Shown here: in pieces, positions 9,652-17,035 of the stretch
Numbering within the stretch: position 1 is the stretch's first letter
How the letters are laid out: each line of letters begins with the position of its first letter
Virus record (IMG/VR): IMGVR_UViG_3300037297_000066
Location: 186,001 to 250,000 of that record
DNA length: 64,000 nt
Direction: 5' to 3' (one strand)
Position numbers and translations under genes: made by a program
The notes under the pieces: model-generated
Told to the model about the DNA's origin: nothing
What the model saw: the letters and a program-made list of their open reading frames with translations, nothing else
Database searches by the model: none

Positions 9652-9699
9652 ACCCTCACCGTACACCAGCCTCCTGAGCCCCCTACTAGGTTTTCTTTG

Positions 9700-10320
9700 G
9701 GAGGCCCCTCCCCCAAAAGGTCCCCCAGGGAGGGGTTGGGGCCTATGTAGGCGTATTCTCTCAGGGTTTCGGGGAGGCGTAAAAATCCTGCGGACAAAAA
9801 GGCCGGACATTTCGTGATGAAGAATCTTAGGGAGGTTTTGTACGTAAAGCCGTCTTTTCCCGGGGTTTTTGGATATACCGGCTCATTGGCCGAATCCGGC
9901 CCATGGGCAAAGCAACGATCAGGCCAAGGCACAGCTTTGAGATTCTGTCAATATTATTCGACTCCGGCCCTACGAATCATTGGTCATACCGGCCCACGGG
10001 TCATTTTAGGGCCGGGGCCCGGGGCTTCGCCGGGGCCGACGGCTGGAGGTTGCCCTGTTGGGGGGAGGGCCGGGGAATGGCGGAATCGAAGCAAGGAATT
10101 GACAACTCCCTATTTGGAAGATCCGGAATTTGGAAATCCCTAAGTTGGGCATTGCCGAATTACAAAATGCACAATCCCACCGCCGGCCCCTGGTGGGGGG
10201 AACCGAGGTGGGATCAGGTAGACAAAAAGGTGAGCGGCCCGGCCCTGGGCGTGGGGGGGAAACGCCTCTGGGGCCAGACCGCTCTGGAGCCTCGACAGTA
10301 GATCGGGCAGGTCGCCTTGT
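9700..10320. other. Non-coding region with 7 CCGGCCC heptamers and A/T tracts (origin or terminus candidate)
   Basis: No convincing ORF; heptamers at 9896, 9964, 9989, 10009(-), 10067(-), 10183, 10239. Confidence 0.4.
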
Positions 10321-10326
10321 CCAGAC

Positions 10327-10378
10327 AAAACGACTGACCCCCTCCAGACACAGCAGCCAATGAGGGGGTCATAGTCGT
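10327..10378 (-). terminator. Intrinsic terminator-like hairpin
   Basis: ACGACT-AT-GACCCCCTC...GAGGGGGTC-AGTCGT followed by TTT on the minus strand. Confidence 0.65.
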
Positions 10379-10452
10379 ACGCAGAGACTCGATTATAGTG
10401 CTACTCGATAGGGCCTCCGTTCCTTGATGGTTGTAGGGTTGTTGTTACGCTC

Positions 10453-10686
10453 TCAGGAGAAGAAGTTGGTCTCGGTCCGGTCGTCGTACTGGTCCACGGC
10501 CTGGGCCCGGTACTTGCCGTCCGCACACAGGAACACTCGGCAGTAGGTCCCGAAGAGGATTCGGAACCCCCGGTACTTCTCGGTTCCGTCCGTGGTGTAC
10601 TCGTCGTCCAACCAATCGGTCTGGGGGCCAGTTCTCCAGCGGTTTCCGGTGTTCAGCTTGAAGCAGTGTTCGGCGTGGTGAGTCAT
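10453..10686 (-). CDS. Hypothetical protein (class-A cassette)
   Basis: ATG 6 nt after motif A. Confidence 0.8.
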   Translation of the reverse strand: MTHHAEHCFKLNTGNRWRTGPQTDWLDDEYTTDGTEKYRGFRILFGTYCRVFLCADGKYRAQAVDQYDDRTETNFFS

Positions 10687-10692
10687 GTCTCT

Positions 10693-10721
10693 ATTACACG
10701 TGAGAGGGTTGGATCTTAACC
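10693..10721 (-). promoter_or_regulatory. Class-A promoter 1
   Basis: GGTTAAGATC-N12-GTGTAAT, ATG after 6 nt. Confidence 0.8.
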
Positions 10722-10735
10722 CGGGCTCCTCGGAA

Positions 10736-11059
10736 TCAGTACGCCTCGGCCCAGCCGCCACACTTGGGGCACCGGATACGCTGACCGGGCCGGTAGCCGA
10801 AGGACAGGAGGTCCTCGCAGGCACCGCACTGGCACTCCCCGTTGCTGCTGCGTCGGGGCCGGGGGCTGCTGGTGCCCTTCGAGGATTCGGTCTGGACCAG
10901 GGTCACCTTGCCGTCGGTCCAGAGGACACGTTGCACTGTGGCTGTCCAGGTCTTGCCGGCCTTGGTGTTGATCTCGATGATGGCGCCTTGTTGAACTGAA
11001 CCCTGAACTCGGGCACCCCAGGAGCCGTCACGGAGCTTGGAGGGAGTTGCTTTCGTCAT
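10736..11059 (-). CDS. Small protein with Cys-rich Zn-binding C-terminus
   Basis: CQCGAC..CPKCG; motif A start. Confidence 0.8.
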   Translation of the reverse strand: MTKATPSKLRDGSWGARVQGSVQQGAIIEINTKAGKTWTATVQRVLWTDGKVTLVQTESSKGTSSPRPRRSSNGECQCGACEDLLSFGYRPGQRIRCPKCGGWAEAY

Positions 11060-11065
11060 GCCCTT

Positions 11066-11094
11066 ATTACACGTGAGGGGCTCCGATCTTAACC
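11066..11094 (-). promoter_or_regulatory. Class-A promoter 2
   Basis: Motif A, ATG after 6 nt. Confidence 0.8.
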
Positions 11095-11125
11095 CGGGCC
11101 CCTTTCAAAAAATCAGAGACGGCTG

Positions 11126-11154
11126 GGTTAAGATCCAACCCTCTCAGGTGTAGT
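11126..11154 (+). promoter_or_regulatory. Class-A promoter 3
   Basis: Motif A, ATG after 6 nt. Confidence 0.8.
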
Positions 11155-11160
11155 GAGATC

Positions 11161-11361
11161 ATGGCATACCCGTACAACAACTGGGCCATCAAGCACGACG
11201 AACTAGGATTCTACGACGGCACCCTCCACGGGAAGCCCTGGTTTGGGGCGGACCAGTATGACGCCCACGGCTACCGGACCCGGAAGGATGCCCAGGCTGT
11301 GATAGACGGGGACCCCGAAGGGTTCAAGAACGCCCGGCCAGTGAACCTGAAGAAGTTGTAG
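11161..11361 (+). CDS. Hypothetical protein (class-A cassette)
   Basis: Motif A start. Confidence 0.8.
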   Translation: MAYPYNNWAIKHDELGFYDGTLHGKPWFGADQYDAHGYRTRKDAQAVIDGDPEGFKNARPVNLKKL

Positions 11362-11524
11362 AGGGAAGCCCTGCTACGGCTCTGCCCAGAGCCTCCCCTA
11401 GGCTACCCTCAGGGAACAGGTCAGCAGCCCAGGCTCCTGCCTCTTGAATCTCAGCTCGAAGGCGACGCTTCCCAGCTGGGGTTCTGAGGTAGGCGGCCAG
11501 GGCCTGTTCTTCTTGTGGAGTCAT
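11324..11524 (-). CDS. Hypothetical protein
   Basis: MTPQEEQALAAYLRTPAGKRRL; last gene of a minus-strand operon. Confidence 0.6.
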   Translation of the reverse strand: MTPQEEQALAAYLRTPAGKRRLRAEIQEAGAWAADLFPEGSLGEALGRAVAGLPSTTSSGSLAGRS

Positions 11525-11530
11525 CTCGAC

Positions 11531-11578
11531 CCAGAGTAGGCCCCCAGGGAGGGGCTGTCTACTCCCTGGGGGCTCTGG
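11531..11578. terminator. Strong intergenic hairpin
   Basis: CCCCCAGGGAG/CTCCCTGGGGG 11-bp stem plus CCAGAG/CTCTGG. Confidence 0.55.
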
Positions 11579-11806
11579 TCAGATGTTGCGAATCAGGGCG
11601 TCCCGGCCCTTTCCAGTGGCAGCGTAGTGCCCCCTGGGGCCCCGGTGCACCCAGAGCTTCTTAGCCATCCTCAGGAGGGTAAGGGAGGCCCAGGCTGAGG
11701 CTGTCTGGGGAGGCTTGCCCCCGACGTCGATGCCCACCCGGGTGGGGGAGACGTAGCCGCCTTCGGCCACGAGATAGCCCAGGATGGCTTCTTCTTTGGA
11801 GGTCAT
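11579..11806 (-). CDS. Winged-helix-like DNA-binding protein
   Basis: AILGYL..SPTRVG..L.RM.K..V...RGHYAAT.KG. Confidence 0.65.
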   Translation of the reverse strand: MTSKEEAILGYLVAEGGYVSPTRVGIDVGGKPPQTASAWASLTLLRMAKKLWVHRGPRGHYAATGKGRDALIRNI

Positions 11807-12057
11807 GCGGCCTTCTTCTGGGACCGTTCCCGGCATTTCTTGAGTTGAGAGAGGATTGACTTGCCCTCCTCGGAGACTTCGTAGCGACGGCCGTGTTGGT
11901 CCACCAACCCGTGCCGAACCAACTTCTGGAGGGGAGAGGCGGCCCAGAGGGGGGCGATGCTATGGTGATGGTTACCGACCAAAACCCCGATCTTCGTGAG
12001 GGAGGTGGGGCCCCTGCGGGCCAGGAAGGCTAGGATCGATTCCTGTCGGAGGGTCAT
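11803..12057 (-). CDS. Winged-helix-like protein, paralogue of 11579
   Basis: SILAFL..LQKLVRHGLV..RRYEVSEEG. Confidence 0.65.
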   Translation of the reverse strand: MTLRQESILAFLARRGPTSLTKIGVLVGNHHHSIAPLWAASPLQKLVRHGLVDQHGRRYEVSEEGKSILSQLKKCRERSQKKAA

Positions 12058-12263
12058 CAGATCCTCACAATGGAGTCAGGGGCCACTCCGAAGTGGTCCA
12101 AGAGCCACTCTTCGGCCGTGTTCCTTCGGAGCTCGAAGGACAGGACGACCTCTCTGTTGCCCCCCACGATGTTGCTGGGCATGTCTGTGTGCAGGTAGAC
12201 CCGATCGACGCCCATCTTGTCGTAGACGACGTTGACCCGGGTGACTTGGAAGTGAGGAGTCAT
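12057..12263 (-). CDS. Hypothetical protein
   Basis: SD GAAAGGA upstream; downstream of class-A promoter 4. Confidence 0.75.
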   Translation of the reverse strand: MTPHFQVTRVNVVYDKMGVDRVYLHTDMPSNIVGGNREVVLSFELRRNTAEEWLLDHFGVAPDSIVRI

Positions 12264-12294
12264 TGGGTTCCTTTCAGGTGTGGAGCCTACTTCT

Positions 12295-12323
12295 ACTACA
12301 CGTGAGGGGGCTGGATCTTAACC
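12295..12323 (-). promoter_or_regulatory. Class-A promoter 4 (leadered)
   Basis: Motif A followed by about 25-nt leader with SD. Confidence 0.75.
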
Positions 12324-12324
12324 C

Positions 12325-12525
12325 TCACCGGAAGGTAACACTCCGACGCCTCTTGCACTCGACCAGAAGGCCCGCTGCCGACAGCTTCCGGAGGTAGCGG
12401 ATGGCCACCTCTCGGGAGGGGAGGCCCAAGGCTCTCCTGGCATCATGAGCCGTGAAGGGCCTGTCCGGGTAGACGCCTCGGAGGAAGTCAGCGTTCCGGG
12501 CGTCGTCCTGGGTTACCTTGGCCAT
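12325..12525 (-). CDS. Small HTH-like protein
   Basis: FTAHDARRALGLPS..RYLRKLSAAGLL; motif A start. Confidence 0.7.
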   Translation of the reverse strand: MAKVTQDDARNADFLRGVYPDRPFTAHDARRALGLPSREVAIRYLRKLSAAGLLVECKRRRSVTFR

Positions 12526-12531
12526 GCCCTT

Positions 12532-12560
12532 ATTACACGTGAGGGGGTTGGATCTTAACC
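12532..12560 (-). promoter_or_regulatory. Class-A promoter 5
   Basis: Motif A, ATG after 6 nt. Confidence 0.8.
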
Positions 12561-12577
12561 CTGATCGGAGAGAGGGG

Positions 12578-12769
12578 TCAGTCCTTCACGACCCGGGGCA
12601 TCATGCGAGCGGTAGCCCCGTACCTTCGGGCACGCTCGTTGGCCTGTTCTAGGGTGAGGCCCCGAGCTGAGATGTAGTGAGGCTCGCCCCCGATTCGGAC
12701 CTCCACGTGGTAGGTGGGCTCCTTGGGCTCCTCGGGGGAGATGTTCTTGGAAGTGTTGTCGGTTGCCAT
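12578..12769 (-). CDS. TYHVE..RGLTL..VVKD family protein
   Basis: Paralogue of 12940 and 13887; motif A start. Confidence 0.8.
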   Translation of the reverse strand: MATDNTSKNISPEEPKEPTYHVEVRIGGEPHYISARGLTLEQANERARRYGATARMMPRVVKD

Positions 12770-12775
12770 GCCCCT

Positions 12776-12804
12776 ATTACACGTGAGGGGGTTGGATCTT
12801 AACC
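12776..12804 (-). promoter_or_regulatory. Class-A promoter 6
   Basis: Motif A; perfect 12-bp hairpin GACCCCCGGGAG just upstream. Confidence 0.8.
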
Positions 12805-12906
12805 CTGAACGTAGTGACCCCCGGGAGTTTCTGAGGCTCCCGGGGGTCGGGGTTCGGAGTTCTAACAGATATACCCCACCATACACCGGAGCTCAGGGTT
12901 TGGAGC

Positions 12907-12943
12907 CAGGTTTTTTGAGGGGTCAGGTTTTTTGAGGGGTCAG
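12907..12943. repeat. 17-bp tandem duplication CAGGTTTTTTGAGGGGT
   Basis: Two adjacent copies at the gene end. Confidence 0.7.
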
Positions 12944-13263
12944 TCCTTCACGACCCAAGCTTTCATGGGATGGTACTTCTGAGCCCACCTCTGGGCCTCT
13001 TCGAGAGTACGCCCCCGAGGGGACACGACGACAGGGTAACTCCTCACATGGATCTCCACGTGAAAGGTGGGCTCTGGAGTGGGGTTCTTCTTGGCTTCCC
13101 ACCGGGCCAGGACGGCCTGGCACCGGGTGCAGTTGACGTGCTCCTTGGCGGACGTGGTGCTGTGAGCTCGTCGGTTCCCACACACGGGCCTTCCTCCCCC
13201 GGTTTGGGAGAAGTGCATCACGAGGCCCTTGCGGGTCTTTTTGCTGGGGGTGCCGGTTGCCAT
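12940..13263 (-). CDS. Zn-finger + VVKD family protein
   Basis: H..CG..CTRC then TFHVE..RGRTLEEA..VVKD. Confidence 0.8.
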   Translation of the reverse strand: MATGTPSKKTRKGLVMHFSQTGGGRPVCGNRRAHSTTSAKEHVNCTRCQAVLARWEAKKNPTPEPTFHVEIHVRSYPVVVSPRGRTLEEAQRWAQKYHPMKAWVVKD

Positions 13264-13269
13264 GCCCCT

Positions 13270-13298
13270 ATTACACGTGAGGGGGGCCGATCTTAACC
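13270..13298 (-). promoter_or_regulatory. Class-A promoter 7
   Basis: Motif A, ATG after 6 nt. Confidence 0.8.
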
Positions 13299-13432
13299 CG
13301 GCCCGTGGGTATAAAAACAGGCCCGACCCGAGACCCGAAGCACCCATAACTCCCCGTATGGGGGCCTCGGATCGGGGGAAAAACGGGGTGAATTTTCGAC
13401 CGGGGTTCGATATCAGAAATAGCCTGGCCCGG

Positions 13433-13461
13433 GGTTAAGATCCGAGGCTCCCAGGTGTATT
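13433..13461 (+). promoter_or_regulatory. Class-A promoter 8
   Basis: Motif A variant (GTGTATT), ATG after 6 nt. Confidence 0.75.
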
Positions 13462-13467
13462 AGGGGC

Positions 13468-13593
13468 ATGAGCAAGAAGACGATGGTCACCCTGGCTTGT
13501 TGGATGCTCGCCCTGGCAACCTCGTCTGCTCAGACACCCCCCAAGGCCCGGACAGTGGAGCTCGAAGCCACCCTGGTTCAGGCCACCCTGTGA
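13468..13593 (+). CDS. 41-aa signal-peptide-like protein (not in ORF track)
   Basis: MSKKTMVTLACWMLALATSSAQ...; motif A start. Confidence 0.65.
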   Translation: MSKKTMVTLACWMLALATSSAQTPPKARTVELEATLVQATL

Positions 13594-13601
13594 GGACCCC
13601 C

Positions 13602-13835
13602 ATGAACGCCTACCTGATTCACAAGGACAAGATGGCCCGGATCGCCTTCCCCGATGACGCCCCTTCCGAGGTAGTGGACCGGATCAAGCGGGCCGTGGCC
13701 TCCCACATGACCCACCCCGATGGGATCCGACGCCCGGAGATGAGGGTGTGTGGGTGCCGGGTCTACTGGGCCTCCCCACTGTACTACTCGGACGTCCCCT
13801 CGGACCGCATCGAGTCGGCCTCGGACTACGTCTGA
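13602..13835 (+). CDS. Hypothetical protein
   Basis: GAGG SD before MNAYLIH. Confidence 0.7.
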   Translation: MNAYLIHKDKMARIAFPDDAPSEVVDRIKRAVASHMTHPDGIRRPEMRVCGCRVYWASPLYYSDVPSDRIESASDYV

Positions 13836-13851
13836 GAATCGCTCCTCTCCG

Positions 13852-13880
13852 GGTTAAGATCCAACCCTCTCAGGTGTAGT
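13852..13880 (+). promoter_or_regulatory. Class-A promoter 9
   Basis: Identical to copies 3, 10, 11. Confidence 0.8.
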
Positions 13881-13886
13881 GAGATC

Positions 13887-14156
13887 ATGGCAAGAAAACC
13901 TCGTCCTGACTGCCCCAACTGTGGGCATTCCCGGTGGACCTACAGGCTGTCCCAGCACTACTGGGCTTGTCAGAGGTGCCATGCCACCTGGGCGACGAAC
14001 GCCTACCAGAACAGGCCCCAAACCTACCACGTGGAGACCCGTCCACGTTACTCCGTCTCCAAGCGGGGGCTCACTCTCGTCGAGGCCCAACACAAGGCCC
14101 GAAAGTACAACTCCACCCATTTCCCCCAAGCCCACGTCGTGAAGGACGCATCATGA
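13887..14156 (+). CDS. Zn-ribbon + VVKD family protein
   Basis: CPNCG..CQRC, TYHVE..RGLTL..VVKD. Confidence 0.8.
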   Translation: MARKPRPDCPNCGHSRWTYRLSQHYWACQRCHATWATNAYQNRPQTYHVETRPRYSVSKRGLTLVEAQHKARKYNSTHFPQAHVVKDAS

Positions 14157-14362
14157 ACAAGAACGAAGTTTGGAAACGCTACCGTCGAGGCGACCACATC
14201 ACGGACCACGAGCTGGAAGTGCTCCTCAAAGACACGAAGCGGGCTCTGGACTCCCTGGTCTACCGGAACGACTACGGAGTCGTCACCCTGGCCCTGGCTG
14301 CGGATGTGGCCGCCCTGGAGGGGTACCAGCGTTCCCGGGAAATCCGGAAGCTCGAAGGCTGA
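14153..14362 (+). CDS. Hypothetical protein
   Basis: ATGA overlap, SD AAGGA. Confidence 0.75.
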   Translation: MNKNEVWKRYRRGDHITDHELEVLLKDTKRALDSLVYRNDYGVVTLALAADVAALEGYQRSREIRKLEG

Positions 14363-14374
14363 GCCCCCTCTCCG

Positions 14375-14403
14375 GGTTAAGATCCAACCCTCTCAGGTGT
14401 AGT
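14375..14403 (+). promoter_or_regulatory. Class-A promoter 10
   Basis: Motif A, ATG after 6 nt. Confidence 0.8.
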
Positions 14404-14409
14404 GAGATC

Positions 14410-14637
14410 ATGGCACAGAACAAGACCCCTGGTGGATTCAAGGTAACCCCCGCCCGTGCTGGGCAACCCCCGGTGGGTTCCAAGGTGGCCGTCAAGGCCC
14501 GAGTCAACCCCCTGGACTGGCCCTACAAGGACCGGGAGGGGACGGTCCTCGGCTACTCGGTCCCCCACGGGTTTGCCGTCCTCTCCTCCCATGGAGAGGA
14601 GCTCCTCATCCACCCCGAGAACCTGGACCTGGTCTGA
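14410..14637 (+). CDS. Small SH3/KOW-like beta protein
   Basis: VGSKVAV..YKDREGTVLG..LIHPENLDLV. Confidence 0.7.
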   Translation: MAQNKTPGGFKVTPARAGQPPVGSKVAVKARVNPLDWPYKDREGTVLGYSVPHGFAVLSSHGEELLIHPENLDLV

Positions 14638-14655
14638 GCAGAAATCGTAGGCCCG

Positions 14656-14684
14656 GGTTAAGATCCAACCCTCTCAGGTGTAGT
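14656..14684 (+). promoter_or_regulatory. Class-A promoter 11
   Basis: Motif A, ATG after 6 nt. Confidence 0.8.
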
Positions 14685-14690
14685 GTAGGT

Positions 14691-14981
14691 ATGACCAACG
14701 CAACCCTCCGAATGGTCCCTCAGGAAGCGGTAGACCCCCGGACCACTGAGGCCCGCTACAGCCACCCAGCCGTCTGCCACTGGTTCCCGACCACGCAGGC
14801 TTGGACCTGGGACGGAGGGGATGCCCTGGTGGTCGTGACCGGCCACTGCCCCGAGGTTCAGCCCTACGTGATCCTCAGGGTCGAGGACAAGGTTCACGTG
14901 GTCCCCGCTGAGGGGCTCACCTCGGCCGCTAGGGCCTTCGGGCTCGACCTGGCTCTGGCCCCCCTCCCCGAGGAGAACTAA
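14691..14981 (+). CDS. Hypothetical protein
   Basis: Motif A start. Confidence 0.75.
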   Translation: MTNATLRMVPQEAVDPRTTEARYSHPAVCHWFPTTQAWTWDGGDALVVVTGHCPEVQPYVILRVEDKVHVVPAEGLTSAARAFGLDLALAPLPEEN

Positions 14982-15418
14982 TGCAGGTCGTCATCCTGAG
15001 AGGGCTCCCGGGGTCAGGCAAGAGCTACATGGCCCGTACCATTGAGGGGGCCGTGGTCTGCTCGACGGACGACTACTTCGTGGACGGGGACGGACACTAC
15101 AAGTGGGAGGGAGCCAAGGTCCACTGGGCTCACAAGCAGTGCTTCCGGAAGTTCCTGCGGACCCTCCAGGAGGGCACGGCTCAGGTGGTGATTGTGGACA
15201 ACACTAACCTCCTGGCTTGGGAGATCGCCCCCTACTACCAGCTGGCTGAGTCCCTCGGGCACCAGGTGGTGATTGTGACCATCGAGGCCCCGGTGGAGCT
15301 CTGCAAGCGTCGGAACGTCCACGAGTGCCCCCCTGAGGTCATCGACCGGAGATACCGGGCTATGGTCCTGGAGCAGCTACCCCCCTACTGGGAGCACATT
15401 GTTCACCGGGAGGGTTAA
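14981..15418 (+). CDS. AAA_33 / N4BP2-like P-loop (polynucleotide) kinase
   Basis: LRGLPGSGKS Walker A, STDDYF, IVDNTN, RNVH. Confidence 0.88.
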   Translation: MQVVILRGLPGSGKSYMARTIEGAVVCSTDDYFVDGDGHYKWEGAKVHWAHKQCFRKFLRTLQEGTAQVVIVDNTNLLAWEIAPYYQLAESLGHQVVIVTIEAPVELCKRRNVHECPPEVIDRRYRAMVLEQLPPYWEHIVHREG

Positions 15419-15441
15419 GATCTGGGCCCCTCACGTGTAGT
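15413..15441 (+). promoter_or_regulatory. Class-A promoter 12 (no start codon at +1)
   Basis: Motif A; predicted +1 at G15448. Confidence 0.75.
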
Positions 15442-15447
15442 TATGGT

Positions 15448-15633
15448 GAACGGACGACATACCAGGACACGCCGAGAACAGCCTAGTGAGAGGTTCTGAC
15501 CGGCAGCGGCCCACGGGGGCGGGGAGATCTAGGCCCTGGAGAAACCCTTTGACAGATCCCCCCGAGGCCGGGCCTCATTAGCGGTCAGTCAGTCTCGGTA
15601 CTGGGGTCTCGCCTTGTGGGTTCTATGTCGTTC
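15448..15633. ncRNA. Candidate convergent sRNA pair with long central hairpin
   Basis: Two facing class-A promoters; both predicted transcripts start GAACG..ACATA; nested stems 15496-15588. Confidence 0.55.
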
Positions 15634-15639
15634 CCTTCC

Positions 15640-15668
15640 ATTACACGTGAGGCCCTCAGATCTTAACC
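15640..15668 (-). promoter_or_regulatory. Class-A promoter 13 (no start codon at +1)
   Basis: Motif A; predicted +1 at 15633. Confidence 0.75.
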
Positions 15669-15856
15669 TGAGGGGGGCGGAAATTACGCTTTGACCCCGG
15701 GAGGCTCCCGCACCGATCGCAACACTCCCCGGGCTGTCCCTGGGAGTCGGTGCAGAGGACCCCTTCCCGGGGGAGGGGGCGGCCACAGTTTGAGCAGTGG
15801 CGGCCCTGCCAGTAGGAGGGGTCGGGGGAGGGAGGCTTGGGGGAGGCGTGGGGCAT
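15656..15856 (-). CDS. Small Cys-rich Zn-finger protein
   Basis: CSNCG..CCDRCG; motif A start. Confidence 0.7.
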   Translation of the reverse strand: MPHASPKPPSPDPSYWQGRHCSNCGRPLPREGVLCTDSQGQPGECCDRCGSLPGSKRNFRPPQVKI

Positions 15857-15862
15857 GTCCCT

Positions 15863-15891
15863 ACTACACGTGAAAGGGCCAGATCTTAACC
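15863..15891 (-). promoter_or_regulatory. Class-A promoter 14
   Basis: Motif A, ATG after 6 nt. Confidence 0.8.
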
Positions 15892-15896
15892 CATGG

Positions 15897-16058
15897 AGAA
15901 AGGAAAGCCCCAAGCAGGGGGCCAGGGGCTTTCCGGTATCCTGTCGATCAGCATGTCAAAAATTCCGGAGTCGATCCCGGATTACGCTTTAGCAGGCTAA
16001 CACCTACTTCGGAGGCCCTCTGGCCTGGGCTCTCGGTGCGGGTTCTTGATTCCTCATG
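15897..16058 (-). ncRNA. Candidate ~160-nt sRNA or 17-codon peptide transcript
   Basis: Promoter A15, micro-ORF 16004-16057, ends in GGAAAGCCCC/GGGGCTTTCC-TTT hairpin. Confidence 0.45.
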
Positions 16059-16064
16059 TTCTCT

Positions 16065-16093
16065 ACTACACGTGAGGGGCCCAGATCTTAACC
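16065..16093 (-). promoter_or_regulatory. Class-A promoter 15
   Basis: Motif A, ATG after 7 nt. Confidence 0.75.
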
Positions 16094-16350
16094 CGTGGTG
16101 TATGGTAGGTGTGTATTTCAGGTCTCTAAGGTAAGGAAGGGCTCCTCCGGGGGCCCTTCTCGCTATTTTCCCTTTGGACAGGCTCTAGACGCATGAGGGC
16201 AGTTCTACGCCGGCTTCGACGTCGGCTCATACTACGGTGGTACCAGCGGTGTGCCTGCTGTGGGAGGGTGTACTGTCGGGCTTCCCGTCGGGCCGGGGAC
16301 GGAGTATGCTCAGCCACCTGCCAGGTATTGATTGACTCAGGGACTGAGGT

Positions 16351-16536
16351 ATGGAGCTCACATACATCGCATCGACCGTCGGGGTGATAGTAGGACTTGC
16401 CCTTGGGTTGTGGGTGGGTGAGATCCGAAGTAGTCGAGCATACCGAAGAGGGGTTGAGGATGAGCACCGGAGGGCAGGCCGGTGTTGGGTGAGGCAGCAG
16501 GTCGAGGGGCAGCTGCCCCCCGGAGTAGGTCAGTAG
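16351..16536 (+). CDS. Small membrane protein
   Basis: N-terminal TM, AYRRGVEDE; GAGGT SD. Confidence 0.6.
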   Translation: MELTYIASTVGVIVGLALGLWVGEIRSSRAYRRGVEDEHRRAGRCWVRQQVEGQLPPGVGQ

Positions 16537-17035
16537 GCCAATCGACAATCGAGTGTCGATTTCGGTTGCCCGGGGTGGACGGGTGTGCCTGCGGTTCAAC
16601 CACCGGCCCGCCGTAAAAAAACCGCTCCATTAACTTTTTCGGTTGTACCGAGAGTGGAAATGGGCACATTCAATGTCCGTGAATCCAGAAACTGTCGGGG
16701 GGTCAAAATCCCAGTAATTCAGACCCTCCTTGGGGGGAGGGGGACCCTTTTGGAGTCCCTGAGCTCTGGAATGGATCTCGAAATTTTCTAGGGTTCGGAA
16801 ATTTCTGGGAGATCTGGGTTAAACCAGGGGTTTGGCTCATGCTCCCCTGGGGGGCCAAGCAGATTCCCTAGCCTGGGTTGGTAGTTCTGGGGGCCGTAGT
16901 GTACAGTGATGGAGGCAGGGCCCTCTTTTGTGCCCACCTCTTTGGCACCGGGTCCGTCATTGCCCGTTATCTTTCCGGGGGGTCCTGCCACTTACTTCTA
17001 GCCACGAGCCTTTTTTTAGGGCTACCTTCGGGGCC

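Noticed and set aside
9814-10363. ORFs 9814, 9903 and 10130 as genes
   Set aside because: Low-complexity Gly/Pro/Arg products, mutually overlapping, with no class A/B promoter.
10693-16093. Motif A repeats as a CRISPR array
   Set aside because: Spacing is irregular (often hundreds of bp), both orientations occur, the spacers are genes, and no cas genes are present.
10693-16093. Motif A as integron attC sites
   Set aside because: No RYYYAAC...GTTRRRY paired hairpin, no integrase in the window, and the fixed 6-nt distance to ATG fits a promoter better.
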